64,000 nucleotides of DNA from Chiloscyllium plagiosum (Eukaryota). Location: assembly GCF_004010195.1 (NCBI RefSeq), contig NC_057753.1, positions 13,864,485 through 13,928,484 of the forward strand, written 5' to 3'. The translations under genes were made by a program, and so were the position numbers. Positions 26,559 through 39,598 of the stretch are shown here, in pieces; position 1 is the first letter of the stretch, and each line of letters begins with the position of its first letter. The notes beneath the pieces were generated by a model that saw only the letters and a program-made list of their open reading frames with translations, did not search any database and was not told the DNA's origin.

Positions 26559-26630
26559 GAGAGAGAGAGAGAGAGACATAGAGAGACAGAGAGAGAGAGA
26601 AAAACAGAGAGAGAGAGAGACAGAGAGAGA
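26559..26630. repeat. (GA)n microsatellite
   Basis: Direct inspection. Confidence 0.95.
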
Positions 26631-28170
26631 ATGTCAAGCAAAGACTCAAGAGAGAGTCCAGAGTGAGAGTTGCAGCGAGGAGACATTTTCTGCAAGATTC
26701 AACGCTGTTGAGGCTCGAAAAGCGAATTAACATTAAATGTTAAACACTGATTAAAACAAACCTAGAAATCCTGGTCTGTAACAACTGGCCACAGCCATCC
26801 AGGCTGGTTCATTTGTAAAACTTTGTTGAAGAAAATCTCAAAAGCTGTTCATGTTCACGCAGAATGTTCGGTGTCTTTCGTTCAAGCACTTTTTTTGGAA
26901 GAAACCGGGGAAAATAAATTCGTGCAAACAACTGTTTTACCACATCCGTAACTTGGACAAGACGCCGGCTCTGTTAGACTTGAAGAAAGCATTTCTCTGT
27001 TCGTGGAGACCACAAACACAGTAACTAACCATGGCAGATGTCTGACTTAATGACATAAATTACGAAACAACCGTGAAGGAAGTAAAATGGACTTTGCTTG
27101 AACATCATTCACATTTAATTTAATTCATAGTTACATAATCTAATTGTCTCAAAAACTTTTCATAAAGGAGAATTATTCGATATCATCCCAACGACTTAGT
27201 TGTTCATTTTCTTGAAAAGCAAAGTTCCCAGATGTCACATTAGAGGACGCTGTAATGTCAGCCCCTTGAACACTTTTATTCTTCTCTTGCAGACTTCTTG
27301 TGCAACTTCAGCACTTGCGTTTCCAATAAGTTTGTCTCATTTGTAAACTTAACAAAGTACAATCCCTTTCGTCGGGATATTTGCTGATGTGTATCTCTGC
27401 TCTCTCGCCATTCCCATTAACACTTGGAGAAAAACTGACCAAAAATGTCTTCTTTAAAGTTTCGTGGATAGTATTTGGGCGTAGCAGGCAGTGCTGGCAT
27501 CAATCATTAATGGTCTCGAAAATACTGAAGTCAGCAACCTTCTCCAGGCACTACAATGTTTCCTGTATACAGGCCGTCGTTACATTTGTAATGAGCCCAT
27601 CTAATAATAAGAAAATTGAGTTGCGATGAAATTTACAATCAAATGCAACTAAAACGGCATTCTCCTCTACCGCTTAAATAATGGAAAATGTAAATGCTTA
27701 TTTACCTCATCACGGTGCCTAAATCCCTCAGAGACACTGATCCCCTCCATGGACTGAATGAGCTCTCATAATCAGCAAGAAGCTCTTTTCCAGCTCTGCG
27801 CATGGAAAGTAAGGAAACGTGTTCCATCCCCTACTTTATCTCCAGACAAATAAAGTTGTTCAAAATCAGCATTGTTTTCATCTCTACGCAAAACTCTGTC
27901 GTTTCAAAGGTAGCATTTCTTTTCTGTTCCTTTCTTCTGTGGCCGTCTGAAGTGAAGTTCAAAGGAGCTTGAAGCGGATTGGCTGAACTAATGGACAAAG
28001 GAATTCTGAGCTCATTGCCTGTCACTTGATATCCTTGGTAATATGCTGCAATGGTCCGAGATCCAGAAATTAGTCGAACTCTTTCTCATCTACTGACAAA
28101 AACAATTGCTGTTTAGACTCGCTCTGCTCACATTCAGTGTGATTTCTCTGCAACAACGTTGCACGAAGCA

Positions 28171-29053
28171 ATGTATTTATTCATCACAGCTGCAGCTATT
28201 CTAATGGGTAAGTTGATACCTTTTGGAACTTTCTGTTTCAGATCATTGGTAGAAATCAAATTTTATTTGAGTGGTTCCAACAAAACAGACGTAGAAATGT
28301 ATTCTACCAAAATGAAACTGAACATTTGAACCTACCACCGAGCACGTTTGGAGGAAGTTAGTGAACGTCTTTAAGTGGATGACAACTGAAGAGTTAGGTT
28401 CAAAATCTGGCCAAAATTGTCCGTTAAGATGCTGTGACAGCGGCGAGACCTTTTCATTCACTGATTTAAGCAGTTTTTACCTGAAAGTTGCTGAGATGAA
28501 TTGCAAAATGAACTGTTTATAAGCCAATTGCATTTAGTCTCTTGTAGTTCTTTCCGTTACATCCGCTAACTAGTGGAAAATGGATTCTTGTTTAACTTGA
28601 TTTATCTTTTGCGTTGCTGAGTGTTCCCAAGAAGTTTTCGGTTTGTAGTTTGGAATGCTTGTATTATTGTTCAAGTTGACGGACTGAATATGGGCAATAA
28701 AAAGTATTAACTGTTTTATTTAATTTCCTGTAACTCATGGCTCTTCCAGCACTTTGTCGAGGAGATTCAGTCACACAGAGATCGGCTTCAAAAAATGTGA
28801 ATGAGAGAGATGATGCCCAGTTTCTCTGTAATTACACTACAACAAGCAACACTCCTAACCTATTCTGGTATCGTCAAAAATCAAGTGGCTCCATAGAGTT
28901 TTTGTTACAGAGACATCAATATAGTGGAAGCACAGAAGGATTTCCAGAAGACCGATTTTCCTCAGAGCTCAATCACGTGAAGCAGACAATCAAGCTTAAT
29001 GTATTGAAAACAGAACTGACAGACTTCGCAGTTTATTACTGTGCTCTGAGACC
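28171..29053 (+). CDS. TRAV/DV: Intact TCR alpha/delta V segment (leader exon 28171-28207; V exon 28750-29053)
   Basis: Leader MYLFITAAAILM with GTAAGT donor; acceptor CTCTTCCAG. The spliced frame is ALCRGDSVTQRSASKNVNERDDAQFLCNYTTTSNTPNLFWYRQKSSGSIEFLL...DRFSSELNHVKQTIKLNVLKTELTDFAVYYCALR. All V hallmarks are present. Confidence 0.95.
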
Positions 29054-29091
29054 CACAGAAACTCAAGTCTGGGCTACTCCATGCAAAAACT
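29054..29091 (+). other. RSS (22-bp spacer) of the V at 28171
   Basis: CACAGAA + 22-bp spacer + GCAAAAACT. Confidence 0.85.
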
Positions 29092-31568
29092 GGCAGAACA
29101 CCAAACCTGACAGTGCATTAGGCACACGGTGAGAACAGTTTTCGATTTGAAATTGTTCCAGAATTTAAGTTGACATCTTATTCTTCATATTGGATCACAG
29201 AGCTTATCTGTCATAAATAAATGATTTAAAAAGAAATCTAACGCAGTGAGTTTAGTGAATTAAAAACACATAATTTATTTCGTGCATTTGTGATATCCCA
29301 AAGTGTTTCACTGTTACAGCGATGAGATGGTGTGAAAAATGCAGCAACCGGTTTTGGTCCAGTTAACGTGGCACTGACGCAGTGCACCAGAGTACTCGCT
29401 TCGAGAGGCGTTCACCTTTCGCATTACTTTAAAAATGAAACACTGAAGAAATCTGAATTGTGTCAAGCATATTGAGGATTATTGAATACTTTCTCTGTAC
29501 CTGCATTTTAGGACGTTCAGAAGAGCATGTGATAGATTCGCTCATCCTGGGAAATTCCTACTTGCTTTTTAATATCAAGCATGAAGTCAGATGTAACTCA
29601 CATCCTGAAGGCAATTAGCAGCGGCTGAGTAAACAGTTAGAGCCGCCAGTGAAATTCTCAGTCACATGATGTTTTTGCTATTCGGTTAGTGCTAGGTGAA
29701 TATTCTTCAGCCACAAGTTTCTTTTTATTCTTTTCTCAGATCTTGGCATATCAGTTGTGTAATGACAAGCAGGTTCCTTATCTTCCTCTGGTGATATTCG
29801 ACGGAAACGGAATTATTTTGTTATCCAAAATGACCTTGGAAAAGGAGAAGGTGATATGCCTCTTTGAAACGCTGCATTATTTGGGATATGATCTAACCAA
29901 ATGTGATCCTTGATATCGATTCATTGTCACTGAAGGAAATATACTGTTCGCAATGAGGATGATGGCTGACTTGGAGGGAACGTTGCAGATGACATCGTAA
30001 TTCCAAAACTCGGAATTTTCAGTTTGATCTGTTTGTTTGGATCAACACACGTCTTGAATAGTGTTAGTCTCACCGTCTAGACACTGTTATCAGACACACC
30101 AGTGCCGTCTTCTTTGTGGGTCAATGAACTAATTAATTGAAAATGATCGCTAACCTTGTCAGAGGAATCCATAGATCATCCATGTCATTGCAGTAACGTT
30201 TGCTGTTACTGAACAAACAAGTTGCAAAAGAAAACTCTCCTTGTAGTAGAAAGCAAGTTTCGTGCACAGATCCGAAGTAGTTTTGCATCCAAAATGGTGT
30301 CTCCATTCTACCTTCAGGCCTTTACCCTCTCACCCTGAAAATAATACATTTAATGATCCCTAGTCTTCAGATTTTGGACTTGTACTGAAAGAGAACAGAG
30401 AATGCGGTATCAGCAGATTGCGTACATTTACATCTTACATGTTCATTCGGGAAGAGAACGACTGGAGGGGATTCTAGAATCTTAGGGGGAGCTGTGCACA
30501 GTTCCAAGTATTTGCACAGTTTGCACACTTTATAGAATGTCAAAGTCCAATCAGTTTCTCAGTAATTATTTTAAAACTTGTGTCTAGGTACACGCCAACA
30601 TATTGCACTTGGAAACTGCTGGAAAGCTTTCTGTGATCGTTTTTCTTAACTTAGCATTTTGCAAAAGACACCGGAAAGTGACGTGAAAGGGGGAAATCAA
30701 TGGGCAAATCGGCGTTAATGTGAGTGTAGTTAGATCAGATGAACGCAACTATTGATGCACTGGGAGACCAGAGATCTCTCCACGTAGATGCTGATTCATT
30801 CCACAAGTGGCACCAGTAGTGTCAAAACACGCATATCTCAAGAAGAAATTCTCACATTTTAAGAATATCGCTGAGAAACAATGCTTCCATCTAATCGTGA
30901 ATTTTGGAAAACAATTAATAATTGATTAATTCCACCCCAAATAATAACTAATAGCAAGTCCAAATCGATTTATGTGGTGCACGACAAGTGTAATTAATAT
31001 GAGGCTGATAACCTCTGATCCTCGATTTTCAATAAAACAGCTTTGTGCAGTGGTGCTATTGTAGCTTATGTAGTTTAATCGAGGCGTGACTATTGCTTAT
31101 TGAAATTTTAATCAATCACCCCTTTGATTAGTTATAACCAATTAAGTCGTGGTCAATTTCTTATAGTCTCTGAGGCGCTTGTTTCAAGTCAGAAAGTGTA
31201 GTGAAATCAATACAGGAAAACTGACAATTTGTGTGTAGTGAATATGTAAAATACAGTTCCTTTTTTAATTTCCAGAAAATTACACCATCCTTCATAACCA
31301 AGCTGATCCAAATTCATTTAAGTCCATTTAAACATAACAGCTGTATTCTTTTCAGATATCTATTGATATATGTAAACACAGAACGTGACCAAAGCATATC
31401 TCATGTCACTACAGAATCGCTTTTTGGTATCTTTCTTCACTGATGAAGAGATCAGCACATTCTCGGTAGAGGCACTGCAGTCTCATAGATTGCGTTGCGT
31501 CGTTGTGCAGTTAGTCATCAGAGACAAGTACAGAGCACATCCGTACACTGTGCCATTCCAGCTTTTGT

Positions 31569-34560
31569 CATAGAACATAGACCATTACAGCGCAGTACGG
31601 GACCTTCGGCCCTCGATGTTGCGCCGATTTGTCATAACAATCTGAAGCCCATCTAACCTACACTATTCCATGTACGTTTATATGCTTGTCCAATGACGAC
31701 TCAAATGTACTTAAAGTTGGCGAATCTACCACCGTTGCAGGCAAAGCATTCCATACCCTTACTACTATCCGAGTAAAGAAAATACCTCTGATGTTGTCCT
31801 ATATCTGTTACCCCTCAATTTAAAGCTATGTTCCCTCGTGCTCGCCGTCACCATTCTTGGAAAAAGGCTCTCCCAGTCCACCCTATCTAACCCCCTGATG
31901 ATGTTATATGTCTCTATTAAGTCACCTCTCAACCTTCTTCTCTCTAACGAAAACAGCCTCAAATCCCGCAGCCTTTCCTCGTAAGACCTTCCCTCCATAC
32001 CAGGCAACATCCTCGTAAATCTCCTCTGCACCCTTTCCAAAACGTCCACATCCTTCTTATAATGCGGTGAGCAGAACTGTACACAATACTCCAAGTGAGG
32101 CCGCACTAGAGTTTTGTACAGCTGTAGCATAAACTCATGGTTCCGGAACTCGATCCCTCTATTAATAAAAGATAAAACACTGTATGCCTTCTTAACAACC
32201 CTGTCAACCTGGGTGGCAACAATCAATGATCTGTGTACATGGACACCTAGATCTCTCTGCTCATCTACACTACCAAGAATCTTACCATTAGCCCAGTATT
32301 TTGCATTCCGGTTACTCCAACCAAAGTGAATCACCTCATACTTGACTGCATTAAATTCCATTTGCCACCTCTCAGCCCAGATCTGCAGCTTATCTATGTC
32401 TCTCTGTAACCTACAACATCCTCCGTCAGTATCCACAACTCCACCGACCGTAGTGTCGTCTGCAAATTTACCTACCCACCCTTCTCCACCCTCATCCAGG
32501 TCGCTTATAAAAATGACGAACAGCAGTGGACCCAAATCCGATCCTTGCGGTACACCACTGGTAACTGGACTCCAGGATGAACATTTCCCATAATACACTA
32601 CCCTCTGTCTTCTTTCAGCAAGCCAATTACTGATCAAACTGTTATATCTCCCACAATCCCATTCCTCAGCATTTTGTACAATAGCCGATGGTGGGGAAGC
32701 TTATCGAACGCCTTGCTGAAATCCATATACACCACATCAACCGGTTTACTCTCATCTACCTCTTTGGTCACCTTCTCAAAAAAACTCAAAAAGGTTTGTG
32801 AGGCACGACCTACCCTTCACAAAACCGTGTAGACTATCCCTAATCAAATTATTCTTTTCGAGATGATTATAAATCCTATCTCTCATAACCTTTTCCAACA
32901 CTTTATCAACAACTGAAGTAAGGCTCACTGGTCTAAAATCACCAGGGTTGTCTCTACTCCCCTTCTTGAACAAGGGAACCACATTTGCTATCCTCCAGTC
33001 TTCTGGCACTATTCCTGTAGACAATGATGATTTAAAGATCAATTCCAAAGGCTCGGCAATCTCCTCCCTGGCTTCCCAGAGAATCCTAGGATAAATCCCA
33101 TCTGGCCCAGGGGACTTATCTATTTTCACACTCTGCAGGATTTCTAATGCGTCCTCCTTGTGACCTTCAATCACACCTAGTATAGTAGCCTGAATCTCAG
33201 TAATCTCCTCGACAACATTGTCGTTTTCTAGAGTGAATACTGTCGAAAAATATTCATTTAGTGCTTCCCCTATCTCGTCTGACTCCACACACAACTTCCC
33301 ACTACTATCCTTGATTGGGCCTAATCTTACTCTTGTCATTCTTTTATTCCTTAAGTACCTATAGAAAGCCTTAGGGTTTACCCTGATCCTATCCACCAAC
33401 AACTTCTCATGTCTCCTCCTGGCTCTTCTGAGCTCTTTATTTAGGTCTTTCCTGGCTACCTTGTAACCCTCAAGCACCCAAACTAAGCCTTCACATCTCA
33501 TCCTAACATAAGCATTCTTCTTCATCTTGACCAGAGATTCCACTTCCTTCGTAAACCACGGGTCCCGCGCTCTGTAGCTTCATCCCTGCCTGACAGATAC
33601 ATGCTTATCTAGGGCACACAGTAGCTTTTCCTTGAATAAGCTCCACATTTCTAATGTGCCTATCCCCTATAGTTTCCTTCTCTATCCTATGCTTCCTAAA
33701 TCTTTCCTAATCGCATCGTAATTGCCTTTCCCTCAGCTGTAACTCTTGCCCAGTGAATGCAACTATCCCTTTCTATCACTAAAGTAAACATGACAAAATT
33801 GTGATCGCTATCACCAAAGTGCTCACCTACTTCCAAGTCTATCACCTGGCCGGGCTCATTACCCAGTTCGAAATCTAATGTGGCTTCGCCCCTTATTGGC
33901 CTGTCTACATACTGTGTCAGGAAGTCCTCCTGCAAACACTGGACAAACACTGACCCATCTATAGTACTCGTACTATAGTGTTCCCAGTCAATATTTGGAA
34001 TGTTGAAGTCCCCCATGACAACTACCCTGCCTATCTCACTCCTACCGAGAATCATCTTTGCTATCCTTTCCTCTACATCTCTGGAAATATTCGGAGGCCT
34101 ATTGAAAACTCCCAATTGGGTGACCTCTCCTTTCCTGATTCTAACTTCAGCCCATACGACCTCAGTTGACGAGTCCCCAAACATCCTTTCTGCAACTGTA
34201 ATACTGTCCTTGATCAACAATGCCACTCCTCCTCCTCTTTTACCATCTTCTCTGTTGTTACTGAAACTTCTAAATCCTGGAACCTGCAACAACAATTCCT
34301 GTCCCTGCTCTAACCATGTCTCCGAAATGGCCACAACATCGAAGTCCCAGGTACCAACCCATGCTGCAAGTTTACCCATCTTATTCCGGATGTTCCTGGC
34401 GTTGAAGTAGACACACTTCAAACCAACTTCTTGCTTGCCGGTGCCATCTTGCGTCCCTGAAGCTTGATTTTGGACCTCCATACTCTCAACCTTTTCTATA
34501 CTTGAATTACAATCTTGGTTCCCATCCTTCTGCTGAATTAGTTTAAACACATCCCAATAG
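31569..34560 (-). mobile_element. CR1 LINE, near-complete ORF2 (APE endonuclease + RT), frameshifted
   Basis: ORF 33696-34550 has CVYFNARNI, VAISETWL, VVMGDFN and GDSDHN (APE domain). ORFs 32776-33543 and 31765-32637 have KSPGPDG, GVPQGS and FADD (RT). The tail CTATGTTCTATG is at the 31569 end. Confidence 0.96.
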
Positions 34561-35287
34561 CCCGTTATTACGTATGTGCCTTACGTTCATGCATGCATTC
34601 CCTCAGTGATATGAACTATTTCAACAGAATTCATAAAAAAAATGCAGAAAGAGTTAATGGAACTTTCTTAAATCAGTTTAATCCTTTTGGAGTGCATTTC
34701 TAAAGCCTGTCTCCAAAGTGTTGGGCAATAATTGCATAGACTGTCTTCGATATATGTTACATTTTGTGAGATACAGTTTGAAGAATTTCACCAGATTTCG
34801 AAATTCAGTTTGTGTCTTCTATGACCAATGTGACAAAAGTGTGTGCTCCAATAATGTCCCTGCAGAACGAAGAGCGAACCTTACAGGGCTCCAGACAGCG
34901 TGCTTACTCAGATGTGTACCACTGATTAAGTAAGAACAGATCGAGAAAGTGCATCACTCACACGAGATGACAATATCCTCTTCCTGACCAATCCAAGAGT
35001 AGAAATTCCACGTGACGTTAAATGGGTGGCACTGAATTTCATCTCTTGACTGTTTAATGGCCTTAATCCATTCACATGATTTGCAGTCTGCTGTGCCAAA
35101 TTTTCTGGGTTACATTTCAATTAATCTGACATAACAGTCGGAACAAATGAGATCATCGCTCGTTACTCTGGCAATAGTAGCATGTAGATACGGAGATGTA
35201 CACAACAAATACTTGTGCTTTTGAATTGTTCAAGTTTTTTTCCTGTTTTCAAAGTAATAACGATTTTCTAAGGTAAATGTCTCTCAG

Positions 35288-35599
35288 ACCGAGTGGATGC
35301 TGTCTCCGTCTTCAAGACTGATCCAGTTTAGGGACGTTGTGAGCATATAATCTATCTGTGGTCCCTCTAATGTTTATGCAATGCATTGTTCCAAGCAGAA
35401 ATGCCGTCAGTGACTGGACTGTTTAATAAAACTAGCATTGCCTGGCATGGGCAGATATTGTTGCCTTGACCTGGAACTTTCCATCACGGACAGGCGAGGC
35501 GAACTGGTCATTCAAAACACAGAAAACATCGATTCTGCTATTTATCTAATTGGACTGAGCCGCAAACTACGTTAAAACACAACAACTGCTGTAAAAATC
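35288..35599 (+). pseudogene. Highly degenerate TCR V pseudogene
   Basis: Acceptor CTCTCAG. Translation DVVSI*SICGPSNVYAMHCSKQKCRQ*LDCLIK...RGELVIQNTENIDSAIYLIGLS follows V spacing (YAMHW.KQ, DSAIYYC). RSS-like CGCAAAC-23bp-GTAAAAATC. Confidence 0.65.
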
Positions 35600-38500
35600 T
35601 TACTCACACTACAAGTTCCAGAGTTTGTCTAGCAGTCTTTCTAATAAAATTATTGCACTTTCCATTTAAAGGTCATATCAAATATTCTCTGCATGATACT
35701 GGTCCTAATCTTTGACAACATTGATAATAATCTAAGAGGCTGGAGGGAAGTTGCGCGGTGAATGTAGACCAGAATGAACACTGACCTAATGATTTTCGTA
35801 TTCAAGATTTATTAGGATGACAGGTTTCACGGGAAAAATCGTTTGGACAGAAGCTTTCATATGGTGTTCAAACCATCAACAATGGAAAAGTAAATGTAAG
35901 ATATGCAAAAAACCGGTTTGGTCTGAAGATTGTAGCTTGCACAATGAATTCTGCAGAGACTTTTATCGAGGTTTTCAACTGTGAAAACCTCCTCGCTTAG
36001 CTCTTCCTGTTTAAGGCACTCATTGTCTCTGAGAATCGGGCAACTATTGTTCGTATCCCTTTTGTTTCCATGACTCAAACTCTTACACTCTCAATCTCCC
36101 CATGATTTTTCGGATTAACACTCTTGTTATTTATCATTCTGCATCTCTGTGATGCGTAATAATTCAAGACGCATTTCGTGTGAAATGATGACCAACATCT
36201 AAATGTATTGAAAAGTTTATGCAACTCACCTTGTACTCTCGAGTGTTTCAGTTCAGGAGAAGTGATTTCACCACAAAACCTCGTAGTGTTAGGGAATCAT
36301 GAAGCTGCAGCCATAATCGTGGGATGAGGCGTAGGCCATTTTGAACAGAGATTATGATGAATTCCTTCACTCAGAATGCTATGAATCTTTACAACATCTA
36401 TCTGAGAGACCTTGCAGATTTAAATTGAAAATATGTGGAGACTATTGACATCAAATTACAAGGAGATAGCGCGGAGAAGTGGCATTTAGTTTAATGATTG
36501 AAGGCTAGGTGGCTTGAATGACCTACCCTGAGCTTTGCTCCAATCAAACCAGCATCTTTCCAATTCTGACAGCTTGAATGTGTGCTGCTGTTTCTGGGGT
36601 TTGTTTTCCGAAGGATAGAGTATAATTAATTTTGCTTTATTCTATTCTCGTCTACGATTTTACTTCCCAATCTCTTATTCTTTTTATATCTTACTGAAGT
36701 CTGTTTACATCCCTTGTTAACATACTACCACATTAACAACAATTAAACGTAAAGTCTGAATTTAAATACCCCATTCTTCCTTTAGTTTAATACTTTAAAC
36801 AGACCAAGGAGGTAGTGCAGGAACTGATTTTTAAGGGTACGTAATAGCATTCAAAATTTCTGACCATGCTATCGACATTGGCATCATTTTAAGGAAAAAT
36901 GTAACTGATAGGTAAAAAGTAATTTCCCTGAAATCACAATTTCCTCTGCTTCGATATAAAGGATTTGTTTTTATTTCAGAAAAAAGAAAGCTAAATACAA
37001 TAAAGCTCCAGTGTTTCCTGGTCAAAAACAGAAAAAAAAGGTTCATTTCAAAGTCTGCCTATAAACATGAAAACATTTATTTATACTCTGACGACTAAAT
37101 GCTTACATGTGTTGCACAGTCTTTCAATTTCTATTCACGTCAACAGAAAACGACTTGGGTACTTCCAGAGGGACAACAGGAACTCAGACCAAAGAGCTAT
37201 AAGATAGAGGAATAGAAAAAACCTCACTTTCAACAACAAGTCTGCTCGATATGAGATGTCCCCTCATGTTATTTAACAAGATCATTCAATAGTTCATCTG
37301 CAAATCGTTTAAAATATGCACTAGTAAAGCAATACAAAGTACAACTCTTGACAGTATGCCAAATCGAGTAAATAACTTGGCACTTATAGCACGAAGTAAA
37401 TTTGAACATTGTCGTGATAAGACGAGACAGTTAAAATAGATGATCAAATAAATGGTGTTATTGACTTGGACGAGAAAAAAATTTGCAGGGAACCATTCAT
37501 CCACAAGTACACATAATCGCTTATCATGTCAGTCAGAAAAATGGAAATCATGAAATCAAGATTTGTTTATGGAACTGTAACTGATTATGCAATCTGTACA
37601 TTCATCGTCCTTCTGTTGGCACTTAGTTGTAATAACTTAGGAATGATTCGAATGCGTTACTGAACTAAGATCAAATGGTTCAGGAATGGCTCTTTAAGAA
37701 TTGTGTGGACCAGCCATTGGGCTCTTATTTACCATTTCTACCCCATTTTCACCTTTATTGGTGAACCAGGTAAGAAAGTGATCTCAAACAAATTATTTCA
37801 TTTTTGTTTTGTAAATCTGCATAAATTTGATTTTGTCCCTTTCCTGAGCAGATCATTTTTTTCACAGCTTTGAACTCTCCCTGAGTGTATAAGATTTCAA
37901 CACATTGACTGTGCATATTATGTGACATTAGATGATATTGTAGAATATCGCAGATCATTACTTGTATTGCAATGAAAACGATGTTGTTCAAAGAAGTACG
38001 CGGTACTGAAATATGAATTAAATGTTAATCGGTTTGATATTTGGCAATATATCTTAACAATGCAGTTAAAACCCATCTAGTCTATTCAGTTTTCTTTAGA
38101 ATCATGACTATATTACGTTGCATACATATTTACTGAACGAGTATGATCTTGGAAATTAATTGTGGAGACATTTGAAAGCTGTGATTGGAAGTGCAAAGTA
38201 TATAGCAATTGTGCATTTTGGTTTGTCCTGATTGCTGTTGTAAATATTTCTTTTACTTTGGACAATTAGAATTCTTTTATCCTGAATGAACTATTGCTTG
38301 GACTGGCAAGTGGAGTATTGATTGCTTTTCTCAAGATTTAACTTCATCTTAGAGTTTTCCTGTTTCTTCATCTCTTGATCTGCATTAGATCGAGATCTGC
38401 TGAGAACGATTCTCGATCAAGTTTGATTTCGAAGTATGTAAGAAGATGGCACTTCGACGTTTGACTAGTTATTTTATCCTATGGTGTTTGAAATTGCTGC

Positions 38501-38626
38501 TGAATATTTTTTCAACAGTTTATTTGGCCAACGTCTGTCGAATCCTCAGATCATTTCCTGTTTGTGTCTGGGCGCAAATGTTATGTCTATCTCCCTTTTT
38601 GTGTAGAACTTGTGATGCAAATGTAT

Positions 38627-39373
38627 TCTTACGACACGGCGGTGAACCATTCTGCTGATTAAACCAAACACCCAGAAAAGCTTAACTCGTCTCACAATCT
38701 GTTAAAATATGAATGACAGAGAATTCCTAAATTCCACTAGTAAAGAAAGAATATCATTTTTTCTTTTAACCCTAAAAGTGAACATTAAAAAAGCCACTTA
38801 TAACTCTAAACCTCCTTGCTGAGAAATGTTTGTTGACGCCAAATCTATAACAATATGCTGTTCCAATAATACCCGTATTAAAATTACATCAACTTAATAT
38901 TGAAATCACACAGCGGCTGTCGTCTCCACTGGCCGCCTCTCACAGCTGGAGATCTAGCTTGATCATTCTCTGTCGTTTACTGCAAATATGTCTCATTTGA
39001 AAAAGTCAGCTATGTTACACAGTTTGTTAAATGGCAATCTTTCTCGATGCCAGTTACTATCTGTCGAACTTTCAAAATGCCTACTACTTTTGTTCACCCA
39101 ACATCGGATTGCCTCATTGGTTCGATGTTGGCAATACATTAAATTCAAAATCCATTGTGTCATAGTATTGTCGAACATAACTTAAACTGATTGGTCAAAT
39201 GTGAGAAGTTGTCATAATTCAGGTATCTATTTCAACGCCAAATGTTACAGATATTCAATTTTCCAGTACACTCTGAATCTGCTAGCTCGTCGTTTCACAG
39301 GTGCCTGTAAGCTCTCAGTGCAAAGCAGCATTCATTCTCTTAAAAGTACAGGACATGCTTCAATTTCATAACT
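38627..39373. mobile_element. Probable solo LTR (same family as 24056-24777)
   Basis: Starts TCTTACGACACGGCGGTGAACC and ends TTTCATAACT. Flanks GTAT/ATAT may be a 4-bp TSD. Colinear with 24056-24777. Confidence 0.65.
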
Positions 39374-39510
39374 ATATGAGTTTTATAAAATCTTTGTGTG
39401 CAGCAATGCGCATGCCTCTGACTTTCCATGAATGTGTGCCATGTGGTTGTATGACTAAGATTGTGTATGTGAGTTAAGTGCTTTTTATGTGTCAGTGTTT
39501 TTGAGCCGTC

Positions 39511-39598
39511 TTATTTCTTTCATAAATTTCAACATTTTGTGCGTTTGATACAATTTATTTCTTTCATAAATTTCAACATTTTGTGCGTTTGATACAAT
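39511..39598. repeat. Perfect 44-bp tandem duplication
   Basis: TTATTTCTTTCATAAATTTCAACATTTTGTGCGTTTGATACAAT x2. Confidence 0.95.
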
